A DNA stretch of 48,613 nt from a bacterium (GCA_963662285.2 CAXXMV010000007.1:1-48613); one strand, 5' to 3'. Counted from the first letter of the stretch, positions 9,473 through 19,667 are shown. Notes: generated from the letters alone by a model not told the origin. Program-made: numbers and translations.

Positions 9473-10597
9473 ATGAAACTTGATTATACTGATATTTCAC
9501 TAAAAAACTTTTTCATCATTATTCCTCTGTTTATGGTAATATTCTGCATATCCTGCATGAATGATCCGGTTAACTTAAAGAAAATCGATATTACCAAACT
9601 GGTGGAGCAAGGCAAACTTGATGAAGCCGCATCGCAATTAACCAGATATCTGGCAGAATACCCCAATGACGCTGATCTGCTTTATAATCTGGCTGTCATA
9701 CAAAAACTTCAGGGAAATCTGGATACCGCCGAACGAACCTTAAAAAAGGTTCTATCCCTTTCCGCTAAAGATGATGCGGCCAATTTCTTATTGATAGAAA
9801 TATATATAGCAACCGGTAATGTCCAGATTGCATGGGATAACTTCCATAAATTGAGCGAATCATTCCGCCAAAAAGCCCGTCCTCAATATACGCTGGGCGT
9901 CATTCATGCCATGCTGGGCAACTGGCAAAATGCAGAAGGTTGTTTCCGAACCGCCATTCAATTACAAAAAGATTTCAACGCTGCCAAAGCGGCTTTGGCT
10001 TTTGTAGTATGCAAGCAGGGTCGGCTTGATGAAGGTAAAGCCTTTTTGCAGGAAGCCGAGAATTTAGTGATCAATACGCCTGATGCCTATGGCCAGATTG
10101 CTGAATGTCATCTTATGCTGGGTCAAGCGCAGAAATCCCGTGATATCGCGCGATCTTTGGTTGAAAAGAATGCATCTGACGCCAGTCTTTGGGCTTTAAT
10201 TGGCCGCGCAGAAATGATTTTACTCAATTTCGGTGAGTCGGAAAGCGCATTTACCCGCGCCCTAACTTCTCCCAACGCCACGCCCTGGACGCAGGTTCAA
10301 TATGCAGAGATGCTCTTCGCCGCGCACCGTGAGGATGAAGCCCTGGCGCAGGCCATTGACGCAGAGACGCATATTTCTTCACTTAAACTTCCTATACGCA
10401 ATCCTTCTTTATACAATTTATTGGCCACGCTTTACGCCAAAAACGGCCAAATACTTATGGCTCAGCAATTCCTGAACCGTTCATATCAGATTGATCCGAA
10501 ACAGGTTAAAGTAAGAAAATTATTAGAAGAAATTACTAACGCTCAAAACGAAACCGCAGCGTCAAATGCTACCAAAGATACAACTTCCTCACCATGA
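9473..10597 (+). CDS. TPR-repeat protein, probable lipoprotein
   Basis: Hydrophobic leader with CISC lipobox-like motif; multiple TPRs (YPNDADLLYNLAVI..., PQYTLGVIHAMLGNWQNAE). Confidence 0.8.
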   Translation: MKLDYTDISLKNFFIIIPLFMVIFCISCMNDPVNLKKIDITKLVEQGKLDEAASQLTRYLAEYPNDADLLYNLAVIQKLQGNLDTAERTLKKVLSLSAKDDAANFLLIEIYIATGNVQIAWDNFHKLSESFRQKARPQYTLGVIHAMLGNWQNAEGCFRTAIQLQKDFNAAKAALAFVVCKQGRLDEGKAFLQEAENLVINTPDAYGQIAECHLMLGQAQKSRDIARSLVEKNASDASLWALIGRAEMILLNFGESESAFTRALTSPNATPWTQVQYAEMLFAAHREDEALAQAIDAETHISSLKLPIRNPSLYNLLATLYAKNGQILMAQQFLNRSYQIDPKQVKVRKLLEEITNAQNETAASNATKDTTSSP

Positions 10598-11127
10598 TAT
10601 TACCTATAAAAAAAGTTCTGATATCACAAGAAGAATTAGAACAGCGCATAACTGGTTTGGCTAACGAGGTCAATCAGGCCTATCGCGGAGAAGAATTAAT
10701 ATTAATTTCCGTGCTCAAAGGCTCAGTGATGTTTTTGACTGGATTGATGAAGGAACTGGAAATAGATGTTGAAATCGGATTCTTGTATCTATCCAGTTAT
10801 CAGGGAGAGACTGCTCCCCAAACAAAAGTGAATCATTACCAACTTCCCTTCCCTGATATAAAAAACCGGAATGTCCTGCTGGTTGAAGATATCCTGGACA
10901 GCGGCGCCAGTCTGGCATGCGCCTTCGATATCTGTCAAAAAAAAGAACCCGCTTCACTAAAAACCTGCGTATTGTTAATAAAAAAAGATTGTGAAAAAAT
11001 AAAGACTCCCCCGGTGGATTTCAAGGGATTCGATATTCCAGATGAATTCGTGGTGGGGTATGGTCTTGATCACCGGGAAAAATACCGTCAACTGCCATAT
11101 ATAGCCATTCCCGATATTTTAGATTGA
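10594..11127 (+). CDS. hpt: Hypoxanthine phosphoribosyltransferase
   Basis: VLKGS, SSY, VLLVEDILDSG PRPP motif, FVVGYGLD...YR.LPYI; ATGA overlap with TPR gene. Confidence 0.95.
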   Translation: MILPIKKVLISQEELEQRITGLANEVNQAYRGEELILISVLKGSVMFLTGLMKELEIDVEIGFLYLSSYQGETAPQTKVNHYQLPFPDIKNRNVLLVEDILDSGASLACAFDICQKKEPASLKTCVLLIKKDCEKIKTPPVDFKGFDIPDEFVVGYGLDHREKYRQLPYIAIPDILD

Positions 11128-11155
11128 AGCGGTTGTTTGAGAAGAACCTCTATAA

Positions 11156-11629
11156 TCACACTGTTGTCGGATGGCTTTCGAGGAACTGGCGCAATTCGGG
11201 AGACATGCCTTTATGCCGGGCGGCATCGATGATTTCCTTCATGTGATTTCCACTAGGCAGCAATCCCTGTGAAGTGACGTCAGGCCATCCGGCGTAGGTC
11301 ATGGCGGAATACCAGTCTCCATTATAGGCCTGTACGGTGACAAGTTTCCGGTAATATTTCATATCCGGTACGCCGTAATTGTCGTCCAGTTTGACGAAAT
11401 CGTCCTCGCTGATCTGATACAAGACGCCTTCGACATTGAATCCTGAACGCGGAATTATGTTGGCCAACCCACGCGTTTCAAAGCGGAACAGTTCATCTTC
11501 AAGCACATTAAAGGCCAAGCGATAATTGGGCAAAATTGCAGATATACTGAGTTCCGGATTAATGCGCAACCGCTTTAAATTACCCGGATCTATATGCTTG
11601 CTATATGCAAAGTAAAAAATGTCGTCCAT
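11156..11629 (-). CDS. Gamma-glutamylcyclotransferase-family protein (degenerate active site)
   Basis: FYFAY, L.NYRLAF, ANIIP..G..VEGVLY.I, LD...G, PS..(Y/H)...I..A...G pattern. Confidence 0.75.
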   Translation of the reverse strand: MDDIFYFAYSKHIDPGNLKRLRINPELSISAILPNYRLAFNVLEDELFRFETRGLANIIPRSGFNVEGVLYQISEDDFVKLDDNYGVPDMKYYRKLVTVQAYNGDWYSAMTYAGWPDVTSQGLLPSGNHMKEIIDAARHKGMSPELRQFLESHPTTV

Positions 11630-11699
11630 ATCGCCCTCTCCTCAGGGTCATCATGTCTGGTTAGACAGATGCCCTTTTATTATGAGTTTCTTTTTAATA

Positions 11700-11778
11700 C
11701 TTATTTTCGGGGAGTATTGCTAATTTCGCCCTCACCCTAGCCCTCTCCCGGAGGGAGAGGGGACTTTGTTATTCGACG
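11700..11778 (+). repeat. BoxC-like repeat, extended copy
   Basis: Core ccctcaccctagccctctcccggagggagaggggac (11729-11764); flanks also align with inverted copy at 24181-24255. Confidence 0.85.
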
Positions 11779-11800
11779 ATTTTGTTGTGACAGAGAACTA

Positions 11801-13777
11801 TTAGTCTTTTTTATCTTCAACACGAATGATTCCACTATCCAATTGTTCTTTCTTGGAAGGTTGTCTTACTTTCTCTTTGGTTTCTACAGCATCAGTCCCA
11901 AGAGATTCTTGAATAGCGCTAATTTCGTTCTCTTCTTCAGAACTCCAATCCAGAAACTTATCATCAACAGAAGTTTCCACGAATTTGGTAACGCCTTTAC
12001 TCTGTAGATCACGCAAGCGTTGGAAATTATCAATCTGAGCGAAATCAAATGGATCATTGATATTTACAATACGAGGCGTGATAAAGATCAATAGTTTATT
12101 TCTATCATCATTAGTGGATTTATTTTTGAAAAGATTTCCGAGAATTGGAATACTGCTTAAAATGGGAACTCCGCTTTGAGCTTTGCTGCTTTTCCGGTTA
12201 ATGATACCGCCAAGAACAACTGTTCTACCGCTTTTCACAGTTGCCACTGTATTAATAAATGAACCATCAACCGCGAGGCCATCACCAAGGTTCGATAGTG
12301 CAACACGGCGGGCGCTGGAGTTTTCGATGGACATAAACATCTCAATATAACCAGCTTCGCTGGAGTAGCATTCCATTTCGATAGTTGTACCAACTTGCCG
12401 CGAACGTTGGGTAAAGTAATCACCCCCAGTCGAGCCGGAACTATAGTTGTTATAACCACCATAACCTTGCTGACGAACGGCATAGGGTTCTTCGGAACCT
12501 AATGTAAAAGAACCCACTTCTCCATCTTGAATCAGCAAGCGTGGACTGGCGATAATTTCAGCCGTTTCTTTTTTGACCATGGCGTCAATTTGGATTCGAT
12601 AACTGCCTTGCCTTACATCATTAAGGGTTAAACCGGATGCGCCGGTCACCAGGAAAGGATTAAAAGAAAATGCTCCTCCTGTAGCGGAATCGATGTTTTC
12701 AGGAGCATTGGGATCGCCACCAACGCCGATATCACTGCCAAAAGATGCTTCTGTTCCAAGGGTGAATGACTTATTATTAGTAATTTGAACCAGATCGACT
12801 TCCACCCATATCTGTTGGGTAGGGATATCCAAATCCTTGATAAGTCTCATAACCTGTTCAACCACTGAAGGAATATCTTGAATGATGATCCGTGAAGTGC
12901 GTGGATCAAAATCCACATAACCATTTTCAGTAAGAAGAGTTTCAACTAATGGCAGTACATCTTCCGGCAAAGCGAAAGCCAGTGGAATAATTTTATATTG
13001 CAGTTCCATGTCAAGCTCTTCAATAATGGCCTGGGCTTGATCGAGCCGTTGCAGAGTATCAGTGATTATTAACCTATTGTTTCTATAATCGACAACCAGT
13101 TTACCCTCTTCCGTGCTAAGAACGCCTTGCAGTTGATTTACAACCTCTTCCGCGTTGGCGAATTTCAAATCGAAAAGCCGGGTTTCCATTTCAACATCCA
13201 GTTGATCAATCATCTGCTGCATGGCCTGGATGGCTTCAGGAATATCCAGGACAATAACCTGCTGAGAACGGTTATCGATCGTGATAGAACCTTGAGGGCT
13301 TTTTAACTGCCCCAAAACTTCTTCCAGTTCAATGACGTCAAGATAAACCGGAGAGAATGTACGCGTCATCATTTCCACATCAGGCGTTTTAATGATTAAA
13401 ATATTTTCCGTGGTGTCAATGCGAACAATGCCGTTATCTAATACTGCGTAATCCAAACCATTGGCAGGCAGAACTGTATCCAGTACGCTGCGCACCGTTG
13501 GATTATCCAGAGAAAAAGTAACTTTTTTATTTATGCCGTCTCCAAGCACCATTTGGATGCCGCTCTCAGTTTGAAGCAGAGTCAACAAGGTGTTTATATC
13601 CTGGTTTCGGGCTATCACTGGACCTTCAAGTTTCTTGTCAAGTCCACTGCCTGCTCCAGCGCCGGTAGGCTGTGGAGGCTTCGCCTCTTGCGCTGAGGCG
13701 CCAATAACAGCGGCCATAATAACCGTGATCGTAATTACACAGATCAGAAATGCTTGATATCGAATTCTCAATTTCAT
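11801..13777 (-). CDS. gspD: Outer-membrane secretin (GspD/PilQ family)
   Basis: Signal peptide, three N-domain repeats ending I.(Q/E/D)LD, QIWVEV, IIASPRL, VKSGRTVVLGG, SGVPILSSIPILGNLFK, LLIFITPRIV. Confidence 0.92.
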   Translation of the reverse strand: MKLRIRYQAFLICVITITVIMAAVIGASAQEAKPPQPTGAGAGSGLDKKLEGPVIARNQDINTLLTLLQTESGIQMVLGDGINKKVTFSLDNPTVRSVLDTVLPANGLDYAVLDNGIVRIDTTENILIIKTPDVEMMTRTFSPVYLDVIELEEVLGQLKSPQGSITIDNRSQQVIVLDIPEAIQAMQQMIDQLDVEMETRLFDLKFANAEEVVNQLQGVLSTEEGKLVVDYRNNRLIITDTLQRLDQAQAIIEELDMELQYKIIPLAFALPEDVLPLVETLLTENGYVDFDPRTSRIIIQDIPSVVEQVMRLIKDLDIPTQQIWVEVDLVQITNNKSFTLGTEASFGSDIGVGGDPNAPENIDSATGGAFSFNPFLVTGASGLTLNDVRQGSYRIQIDAMVKKETAEIIASPRLLIQDGEVGSFTLGSEEPYAVRQQGYGGYNNYSSGSTGGDYFTQRSRQVGTTIEMECYSSEAGYIEMFMSIENSSARRVALSNLGDGLAVDGSFINTVATVKSGRTVVLGGIINRKSSKAQSGVPILSSIPILGNLFKNKSTNDDRNKLLIFITPRIVNINDPFDFAQIDNFQRLRDLQSKGVTKFVETSVDDKFLDWSSEEENEISAIQESLGTDAVETKEKVRQPSKKEQLDSGIIRVEDKKD

Positions 13778-13818
13778 ACTCCTTTATACTAATAAGGGAT
13801 TATAAGTAATCGCCTCTA

Positions 13819-14349
13819 TTATTTACCGCGTTTGACTTGTTGAGTGATTTCGCTGGTGATGCCGGTAGCCAGGTCTTTAACTTTTACGCGTGGGATATCT
13901 GGATCAGGATTAATCTCAAGAATTTTGAAATTTCCATATTGTGATTCCATATCTTGACCGACAAAGGCTGTGATTTCCGTGCCATCGTATTTCTTTAAGA
14001 TTACCATTTTTTTAGTGGCCCATACAATTTCCCAGCCCTTGCCGACCACTACCGGAGTGGGACTCGGAGGAGGAATGGGCGTCGGTGTGGGACGAGGCGC
14101 CGGAGTAGCCAATTCACGGAATGAACGAGTCTGGCTGAAGGTTAACAGAATATCCTTCTGCTGCTCCGCTGCTTTCTGTTTAATTTTATCTTGAATAACC
14201 TCGGGATCCTGAATTCTAGCCTCAAATTTTTCTGTAGGATCAACGCGTTCATTCATGAAATGTCTTACCTGCATGGCAAGAATAACAGAAGAACCAATTA
14301 GTAGAAGTGACAAAAGAAAATATGTTATAACTATACGATTCATTATCAT
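13819..14349 (-). CDS. Bitopic operon protein with Pro/Thr linker, GspC/PilP-like by position
   Basis: N-terminal TM, APRPTPTPIPPPSPTP linker, beta-rich C-terminus (VGQ...FKILEI); immediately upstream of secretin. Confidence 0.5.
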   Translation of the reverse strand: MIMNRIVITYFLLSLLLIGSSVILAMQVRHFMNERVDPTEKFEARIQDPEVIQDKIKQKAAEQQKDILLTFSQTRSFRELATPAPRPTPTPIPPPSPTPVVVGKGWEIVWATKKMVILKKYDGTEITAFVGQDMESQYGNFKILEINPDPDIPRVKVKDLATGITSEITQQVKRGK

Positions 14350-14957
14350 CTCCGGTTTTTAGGCTTTTCGCCTTTACGGTATTCAATCAATCTGGAAATC
14401 TGCATATCTACATCTATCATGCCGGTAGGAGGTACGCGCTGCAATAATCCACTGTTGCGTCCCATAGATGTTTTACCAATTTCGCTAATCAAGTTGGTAA
14501 TGCGACAGGTTTCAACCTCCATAACATTCGATTGTTTTTCGATCTTGTATAATAACTGTCCAAGTTGTTGTGGAGTGCATTGGATTTGATTGATATTAAT
14601 GGAAGCAATCTTGAAATTATCTTCCATTTTAGGTTCCTTTTGACTGATGCTGTGATTACTCTTGATTCCAACTTCGCTGAGAATCTGGGTAATGGATTTT
14701 CTGATTGCGGCGAACTGTTCAGGATTGTTGCCTTCCAGTTTCATCTCAGCCTTCATAGCTTCATAACGGGATTGAATCTCCACCGCATTCTCCTGAATAT
14801 CCAACTGACTGTTTATCGCGGCTTCTTTTTCTGCAATACGATCATCCATATTGAAGATAGAATCTCCAACTTGCCGATACAGTAAAGCGCCGACGAAAAT
14901 CAACACGGCGATTATGACAATAGTAAATAATAATTTTTCACGTTTTGTTTTAGCCAT
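14346..14957 (-). CDS. GspM/PilO-like platform protein
   Basis: KREKLL then TM, coiled coil, ferredoxin-like C-domain (QQLGQLLYKIE...MEVE..RI). Confidence 0.7.
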   Translation of the reverse strand: MAKTKREKLLFTIVIIAVLIFVGALLYRQVGDSIFNMDDRIAEKEAAINSQLDIQENAVEIQSRYEAMKAEMKLEGNNPEQFAAIRKSITQILSEVGIKSNHSISQKEPKMEDNFKIASININQIQCTPQQLGQLLYKIEKQSNVMEVETCRITNLISEIGKTSMGRNSGLLQRVPPTGMIDVDMQISRLIEYRKGEKPKNRR

Positions 14958-14990
14958 TATAATCTTCTCTTCTTCTCTCTTTAGAGATAC

Positions 14991-16658
14991 TTATCCATTT
15001 TCCTTTTCCCAACGAAGAGTACAGGTAATGCGGAAATCGATAACCGTCTTGGTAACGTCGCGGCCTAGAGGCAAATCTTTTTTTCCGGTATCACCTTTAA
15101 CATCAATAAAATAGGGTTCTGCTCCGTTTTCTGTTCCAAGAGAGATCAATGCTTCATTGAAAACCTGGTAATCTTTTTCAGTTTCAACCTGTCCGTTAAT
15201 TTCCAGTGATCTTCTTTTGGTAAAAGCAATATCACTGATATATGCTTTGGGAGGAAGTGATTTAAGCACTCCTTGTATAACGTTTATACAAGACTGTTTT
15301 TGATCTAAATAATGCTCGACGACCGAAAGTTCTTTCTTCTTGGCATTCAATCCGGCAACCTGAGACAAGCGTTTCTGGAAAAATGCGTCCAATTGGGTTA
15401 GTTGAATGTGTCTCTCATACCAATACAGATAACCGGCGCCGCCCAACAGGGTTAATACCATAAACATCAATATGGCGACATTTTTTCTAAAGGCGGATTT
15501 ATTGATCTGTTCTCTTTCCTGCATGAAATCATCGGGCAGGAGATTCATCACTTCCTCATCCTTCATTAATCCACGCAAGGCCAAACCGGCGGATGTTGCG
15601 ATTTCACTGCCATGGTAATCGTCGCCGGACGGCAGTTCACCATTCAGAGCCGGTTCAACGGCAGCGGTAGTTTTAATGCGCAGACTTAGACCTCTTGGAG
15701 GTCCAGCCGGGAAATAGCCCGCCCCGCCGCACAGGATCAACCGTTCGATCTTGGTTGCATGAGCTTCACAAGCAAAAGAACTTATAGAACGCAGTAATTC
15801 CAGAGACAAACGATCCACCCAACCAGCGAAATGATCCCGTTCATTGGGATGAAGCGCTCCTGCGGCGGTAATGCGACCATGAAGGTCACGCCATGATTTT
15901 GCGCCGGGGAAACCGGATAACAGTTTCTCTTCAGAAACCGGCATACTGCGGCTGAACAATAGTTTGTCATTTCTAACGATGGACAGGTTTACGGTTGATC
16001 GACCGAAATTGACAATGGCGACCGTCTCATCAGGTTGGATAGACCGGCTGTAAGATGCCGCATCTCCTAATACATCGATTTCAATGCGATCCGCTTCAAT
16101 GCCAATATCAGCGCACATATCCAGGTATGGTTGAATTTCCTTACGCGGAACGCAGACCATCATGATGCGCGATTCATGATCGCCTAATTTTTCCACAATC
16201 TGGAACGAGATTTCTAATTCATTAAGAGAAAATGGTACATGTCGTTCAACATCATAAATCACCATCTCTTTAAGTTCTTCATAGTTGGAAGAAGGAAGAT
16301 TCAAATAACGGATAGTGACCAGATTCCTGGGGAAGCCTAAAATGACGCGTCCTTCAAGTTTGCCATGTCTTTTGATCGCCTCTTTAAGAGCTTCTTTTTG
16401 ACGTTCATGAAGTTCTTCGGGATACTCCGCGCCATCAGGCGCAGCCAGAGGATTAACAGTTATGCGTTTGACATCAATATTCCCACTATCATCTCCATAA
16501 AGAGTAACGATCTTAACGGAAAAGGAACCCAAATCGATCCCCGTAGCCACACGGCGCCCTTTACCCAGTTTTTTACTGGAACGGTTCGCCGAGCGTCTAT
16601 TGGGACGACTGGTAGTGCGTTTAGTTGTTGTCCGTGTTCTTCTAGTTGCTCTTGCCAT
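14991..16658 (-). CDS. PilM-PilN fusion (GspL equivalent)
   Basis: Actin-like PilM motifs GIDLGSFSVKIV, VPF, VNFGRSTV, LILCGGA, A.GLALRG; then PilN motif MNLLP, TM and periplasmic domain. Confidence 0.85.
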   Translation of the reverse strand: MARATRRTRTTTKRTTSRPNRRSANRSSKKLGKGRRVATGIDLGSFSVKIVTLYGDDSGNIDVKRITVNPLAAPDGAEYPEELHERQKEALKEAIKRHGKLEGRVILGFPRNLVTIRYLNLPSSNYEELKEMVIYDVERHVPFSLNELEISFQIVEKLGDHESRIMMVCVPRKEIQPYLDMCADIGIEADRIEIDVLGDAASYSRSIQPDETVAIVNFGRSTVNLSIVRNDKLLFSRSMPVSEEKLLSGFPGAKSWRDLHGRITAAGALHPNERDHFAGWVDRLSLELLRSISSFACEAHATKIERLILCGGAGYFPAGPPRGLSLRIKTTAAVEPALNGELPSGDDYHGSEIATSAGLALRGLMKDEEVMNLLPDDFMQEREQINKSAFRKNVAILMFMVLTLLGGAGYLYWYERHIQLTQLDAFFQKRLSQVAGLNAKKKELSVVEHYLDQKQSCINVIQGVLKSLPPKAYISDIAFTKRRSLEINGQVETEKDYQVFNEALISLGTENGAEPYFIDVKGDTGKKDLPLGRDVTKTVIDFRITCTLRWEKENG

Positions 16659-16810
16659 TTTTATCTCGAACTTTCAGCAGCTTCTGACGAAACGGTAATA
16701 AAGTCAAAATCAATTTTCAAGACCACAATAAGCAGCCACATATCTAGAGTGATGTATACAAAATATTGCGTGAGTTTCGTCTTCCAGATACTTTTCGCTA
16801 ACTCATCAGC

Positions 16811-18097
16811 TTACATCATCTGTTCGATGCGTTGATTAACGTCATAGATCGGTTCAAATAACCTGATCTGCATTTTCACCTGCTCTAAATCTTCAACATC
16901 CATTGTATCAATGCCGAAGATGGGCATTTGATCCCAAGGAGTATATTGTCGATCTACAATAACTCGATATCCTTTTTCGATGCCCTGATACTCAGCAAAA
17001 CATGTTATAACGAACAATCGTGATTCAATCTTGGCCAGACTTGGAACCAGGGATTTCCAAATCTCATCAGTGAAGCCGTTTACTTCCGTGTAGTGAACAT
17101 CATCCATATCATGATTATCAATTGTTTTTAAGACATTATCGTCATCAGTATAAGTTTCCCCATCTCGTCCATCGCGGTATTCCACCCAATCTTCAGCAAT
17201 ACTCTCCGCATCTTTCCCCAAACTAGGATAAAGCAGTGATTCGAGAACCTCTTGTTTAACAGTATTCATGTTGACATGAGTATCATATACCGTCACCAGA
17301 TTCTTTAAGCCCATATATTCACCCTTGCCCATTCTCTTGCGGCGGGTGCGTCCTGAGTTCATTTCATCAGGATCAATCGTACCGAATACAATAGCTGGAG
17401 TCATTCCAGGAAGCAGCAGCAATTCATCTATAGTAGAGAATGGAGCGTTTTTTATTGATATTTCAGGTATTTCATTTTTGCCTCTGCTGCCTCTACCGCC
17501 CCGGCCTGAGTTATATTGGGAGAATTCATCGCCTTCGCCTGAAGAGGCGCTTACGCCGCCGCCGCTTAAATCCGCCGGGATATCATCTTTATCGCGCCAG
17601 TCTATAATGGCGCCGGCCAATGACATGGAATCTCTTTCCCGAACGCCGGAAAGTTCAAGAAGATGGGCGATCATATCTATCGTTGTGGACATATTGTTAA
17701 TGGGAAATCGAGAGGCTTCGTCTTCAACGCTCACATAATAATAGGCTGCATTGTCTCCCATTTCGTAAAATGGAACATCCAGGTATAGTTCAGGATTATC
17801 AGCCCAGGCTTCAGTTCCACCGTCGTACATGAAGATGTCGTCATCCTTAAAATGGGTCAATGTTTCCTTCATGTCTTCGCCGCTGTCTTTGATCTTGTCT
17901 TCACGCAATAAGATCAGGGCTTGCTGTAAACCCGCTTTGGCTACCGAATCCGCTATAGTGACGTCGCGTTGGAAGCCCACCATCTTGGCTTCGATCATGG
18001 TTTGACGGACAAACGCCAAAGAGACTGACGCCAAAATGACGATCACCCAAAGAGTAAGGATTAAGACAACGCCGGCTTCCTGTTTTTTTCTCATCAT
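16811..18097 (-). CDS. gspK: Minor pseudopilin GspK
   Basis: AG|VVLILTLW (no Glu5), EDEASRFPIN, AIIDWRDKD, KNAPFSTIDELLLLPGMT, VNMNT. Confidence 0.9.
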   Translation of the reverse strand: MMRKKQEAGVVLILTLWVIVILASVSLAFVRQTMIEAKMVGFQRDVTIADSVAKAGLQQALILLREDKIKDSGEDMKETLTHFKDDDIFMYDGGTEAWADNPELYLDVPFYEMGDNAAYYYVSVEDEASRFPINNMSTTIDMIAHLLELSGVRERDSMSLAGAIIDWRDKDDIPADLSGGGVSASSGEGDEFSQYNSGRGGRGSRGKNEIPEISIKNAPFSTIDELLLLPGMTPAIVFGTIDPDEMNSGRTRRKRMGKGEYMGLKNLVTVYDTHVNMNTVKQEVLESLLYPSLGKDAESIAEDWVEYRDGRDGETYTDDDNVLKTIDNHDMDDVHYTEVNGFTDEIWKSLVPSLAKIESRLFVITCFAEYQGIEKGYRVIVDRQYTPWDQMPIFGIDTMDVEDLEQVKMQIRLFEPIYDVNQRIEQMM

Positions 18098-18111
18098 CTA
18101 ATCTTCTTGCG

Positions 18112-19092
18112 CTATGGTCTCGGCACAGCTGCCGGCGTTTCATTTTCAAATCGCGAACTCAAATTGGTCGCCGGTTTTGGTTCAGGTGGAGGCGGTTGAG
18201 CAACTCCAAAAACGGATGCTCTCATATTACCCGCCGGTATGTCCGTCGCCGTCGATAAAATTTCATTATTTTCCAGAGTCAGTGTTATTTCAACAATTTT
18301 AGGCGGCCCTTTTTCACTGATTTTCATATCATTGTTTTGAATATAATTTGGGCTTTGAGGTGATATCCGGTTAGTGGTTTCCAATTCCTGAGAATCCCAG
18401 GATGATTGCCAACGCCCATCATCGGAAAAACGAAAATCAATTTTTTGGATTCCTTCAGCGATGGTGTAGCGGTGGTCGCGAAAACCAACATCTCCCAGCC
18501 ATTCCTGGAGCGGAGGTTCGCCGAATTCACCCATCTCGCGAAATCTCATCCGACCGCCCATTTCAGGGATAACCACGCCGTTCAGATTTACTTTGAATAT
18601 ATGCTGAAAAAACCATGTAGCCCGCTTTATTTCTAATAACGAACGAAGCACGGATAAAGTCAACCGGTTATTTTCAACAAATATAGCGCATTCTTCCAGA
18701 TCAAAAGGCGGATATTGATCTAGATGGTATACCTTACGAACATAGGTTATAGAATTGGCTGATCCGATAAAGCGAATGGCGCCGGGGTCTTCTTCCTGAA
18801 CCGGAATGCCTTTAAATTGCGTCATCAATTCTTCAAAAGTCAGCTGGCTATATGTATCTCTCAACTGAGAGAACGAATATGACGATAGCGCCAGTTGCAA
18901 TTCCTGTGATATTTTCTGCAATCCGATGCGACCGGATTGATAGACTTCCATGGTATGACGCCCTTGCCGGTAAGCGTCCATACCAACTTTCATGGTCATG
19001 AAGATGCTGCCCATGATTATGGTCAGGATAGTCATGCCCAGGATCAACTCAATCAGAGTAAAGCCGCGTTTAGATGAATGGGTCTTCTTCAT
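18112..19092 (-). CDS. Minor pseudopilin, GspJ-like
   Basis: RG|FTLIEL; C-terminal 'IDFRFSD...WQSSWD...P..VEITL' typical of GspJ; position before gspK. Confidence 0.75.
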   Translation of the reverse strand: MKKTHSSKRGFTLIELILGMTILTIIMGSIFMTMKVGMDAYRQGRHTMEVYQSGRIGLQKISQELQLALSSYSFSQLRDTYSQLTFEELMTQFKGIPVQEEDPGAIRFIGSANSITYVRKVYHLDQYPPFDLEECAIFVENNRLTLSVLRSLLEIKRATWFFQHIFKVNLNGVVIPEMGGRMRFREMGEFGEPPLQEWLGDVGFRDHRYTIAEGIQKIDFRFSDDGRWQSSWDSQELETTNRISPQSPNYIQNNDMKISEKGPPKIVEITLTLENNEILSTATDIPAGNMRASVFGVAQPPPPEPKPATNLSSRFENETPAAVPRP

Positions 19093-19667
19093 CGCCTACC
19101 TCCGCTCTGATCGCGGGCATTGCCGCGTTTCTGGATTTGAGGTTTGCCGCCCATTCCTCCGCCAAGCATCAACTCTTCGTTATAACGTGCGGTAAGCACC
19201 ATTGTTTTGAGCATAAAACCGCTGTTATCGCTTCGTCGCCAGCGCCCTCTTCTTTGCCGTCCATATTGTTCTTCGTCATCCCAGGTCGTGCGGACGGTAA
19301 TGATGTATGCATCATGGTCTTTGTTATATTCAATTATGGCATGCCAACGAAACTTGTTAGTCCCCGGTTGAGGAAAATTCCCGTCAAACTCACCCAGTTC
19401 CACATTGTCCTTGCGGGTATAGCGCAATTCCAGATTATTGAGCATATACTTGGTCAGATAAATTGCTTTAGTCGTATCGCGCAACGTCTTGGCCGCATCG
19501 ATGGAACTGATTAATGAGCGCAGTAATACGCTGCCGGCGATGGCGAAAATAGTCATGGCGACCAATACTTCTATCAACAAATAACCGTCTTTACCGCCAA
19601 AACGTTTTCGCCGGGAAGTGAATCGGGATTTTTGATTAACAAGAGTATTATTGATTATTCTGTTCAT
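19089..19667 (-). CDS. Minor pseudopilin, GspI-like
   Basis: DG|YLLIEVLVAMTIFAI; G.F....FRW..., ITVRTTW; between H and J. Confidence 0.75.
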   Translation of the reverse strand: MNRIINNTLVNQKSRFTSRRKRFGGKDGYLLIEVLVAMTIFAIAGSVLLRSLISSIDAAKTLRDTTKAIYLTKYMLNNLELRYTRKDNVELGEFDGNFPQPGTNKFRWHAIIEYNKDHDAYIITVRTTWDDEEQYGRQRRGRWRRSDNSGFMLKTMVLTARYNEELMLGGGMGGKPQIQKRGNARDQSGGRR

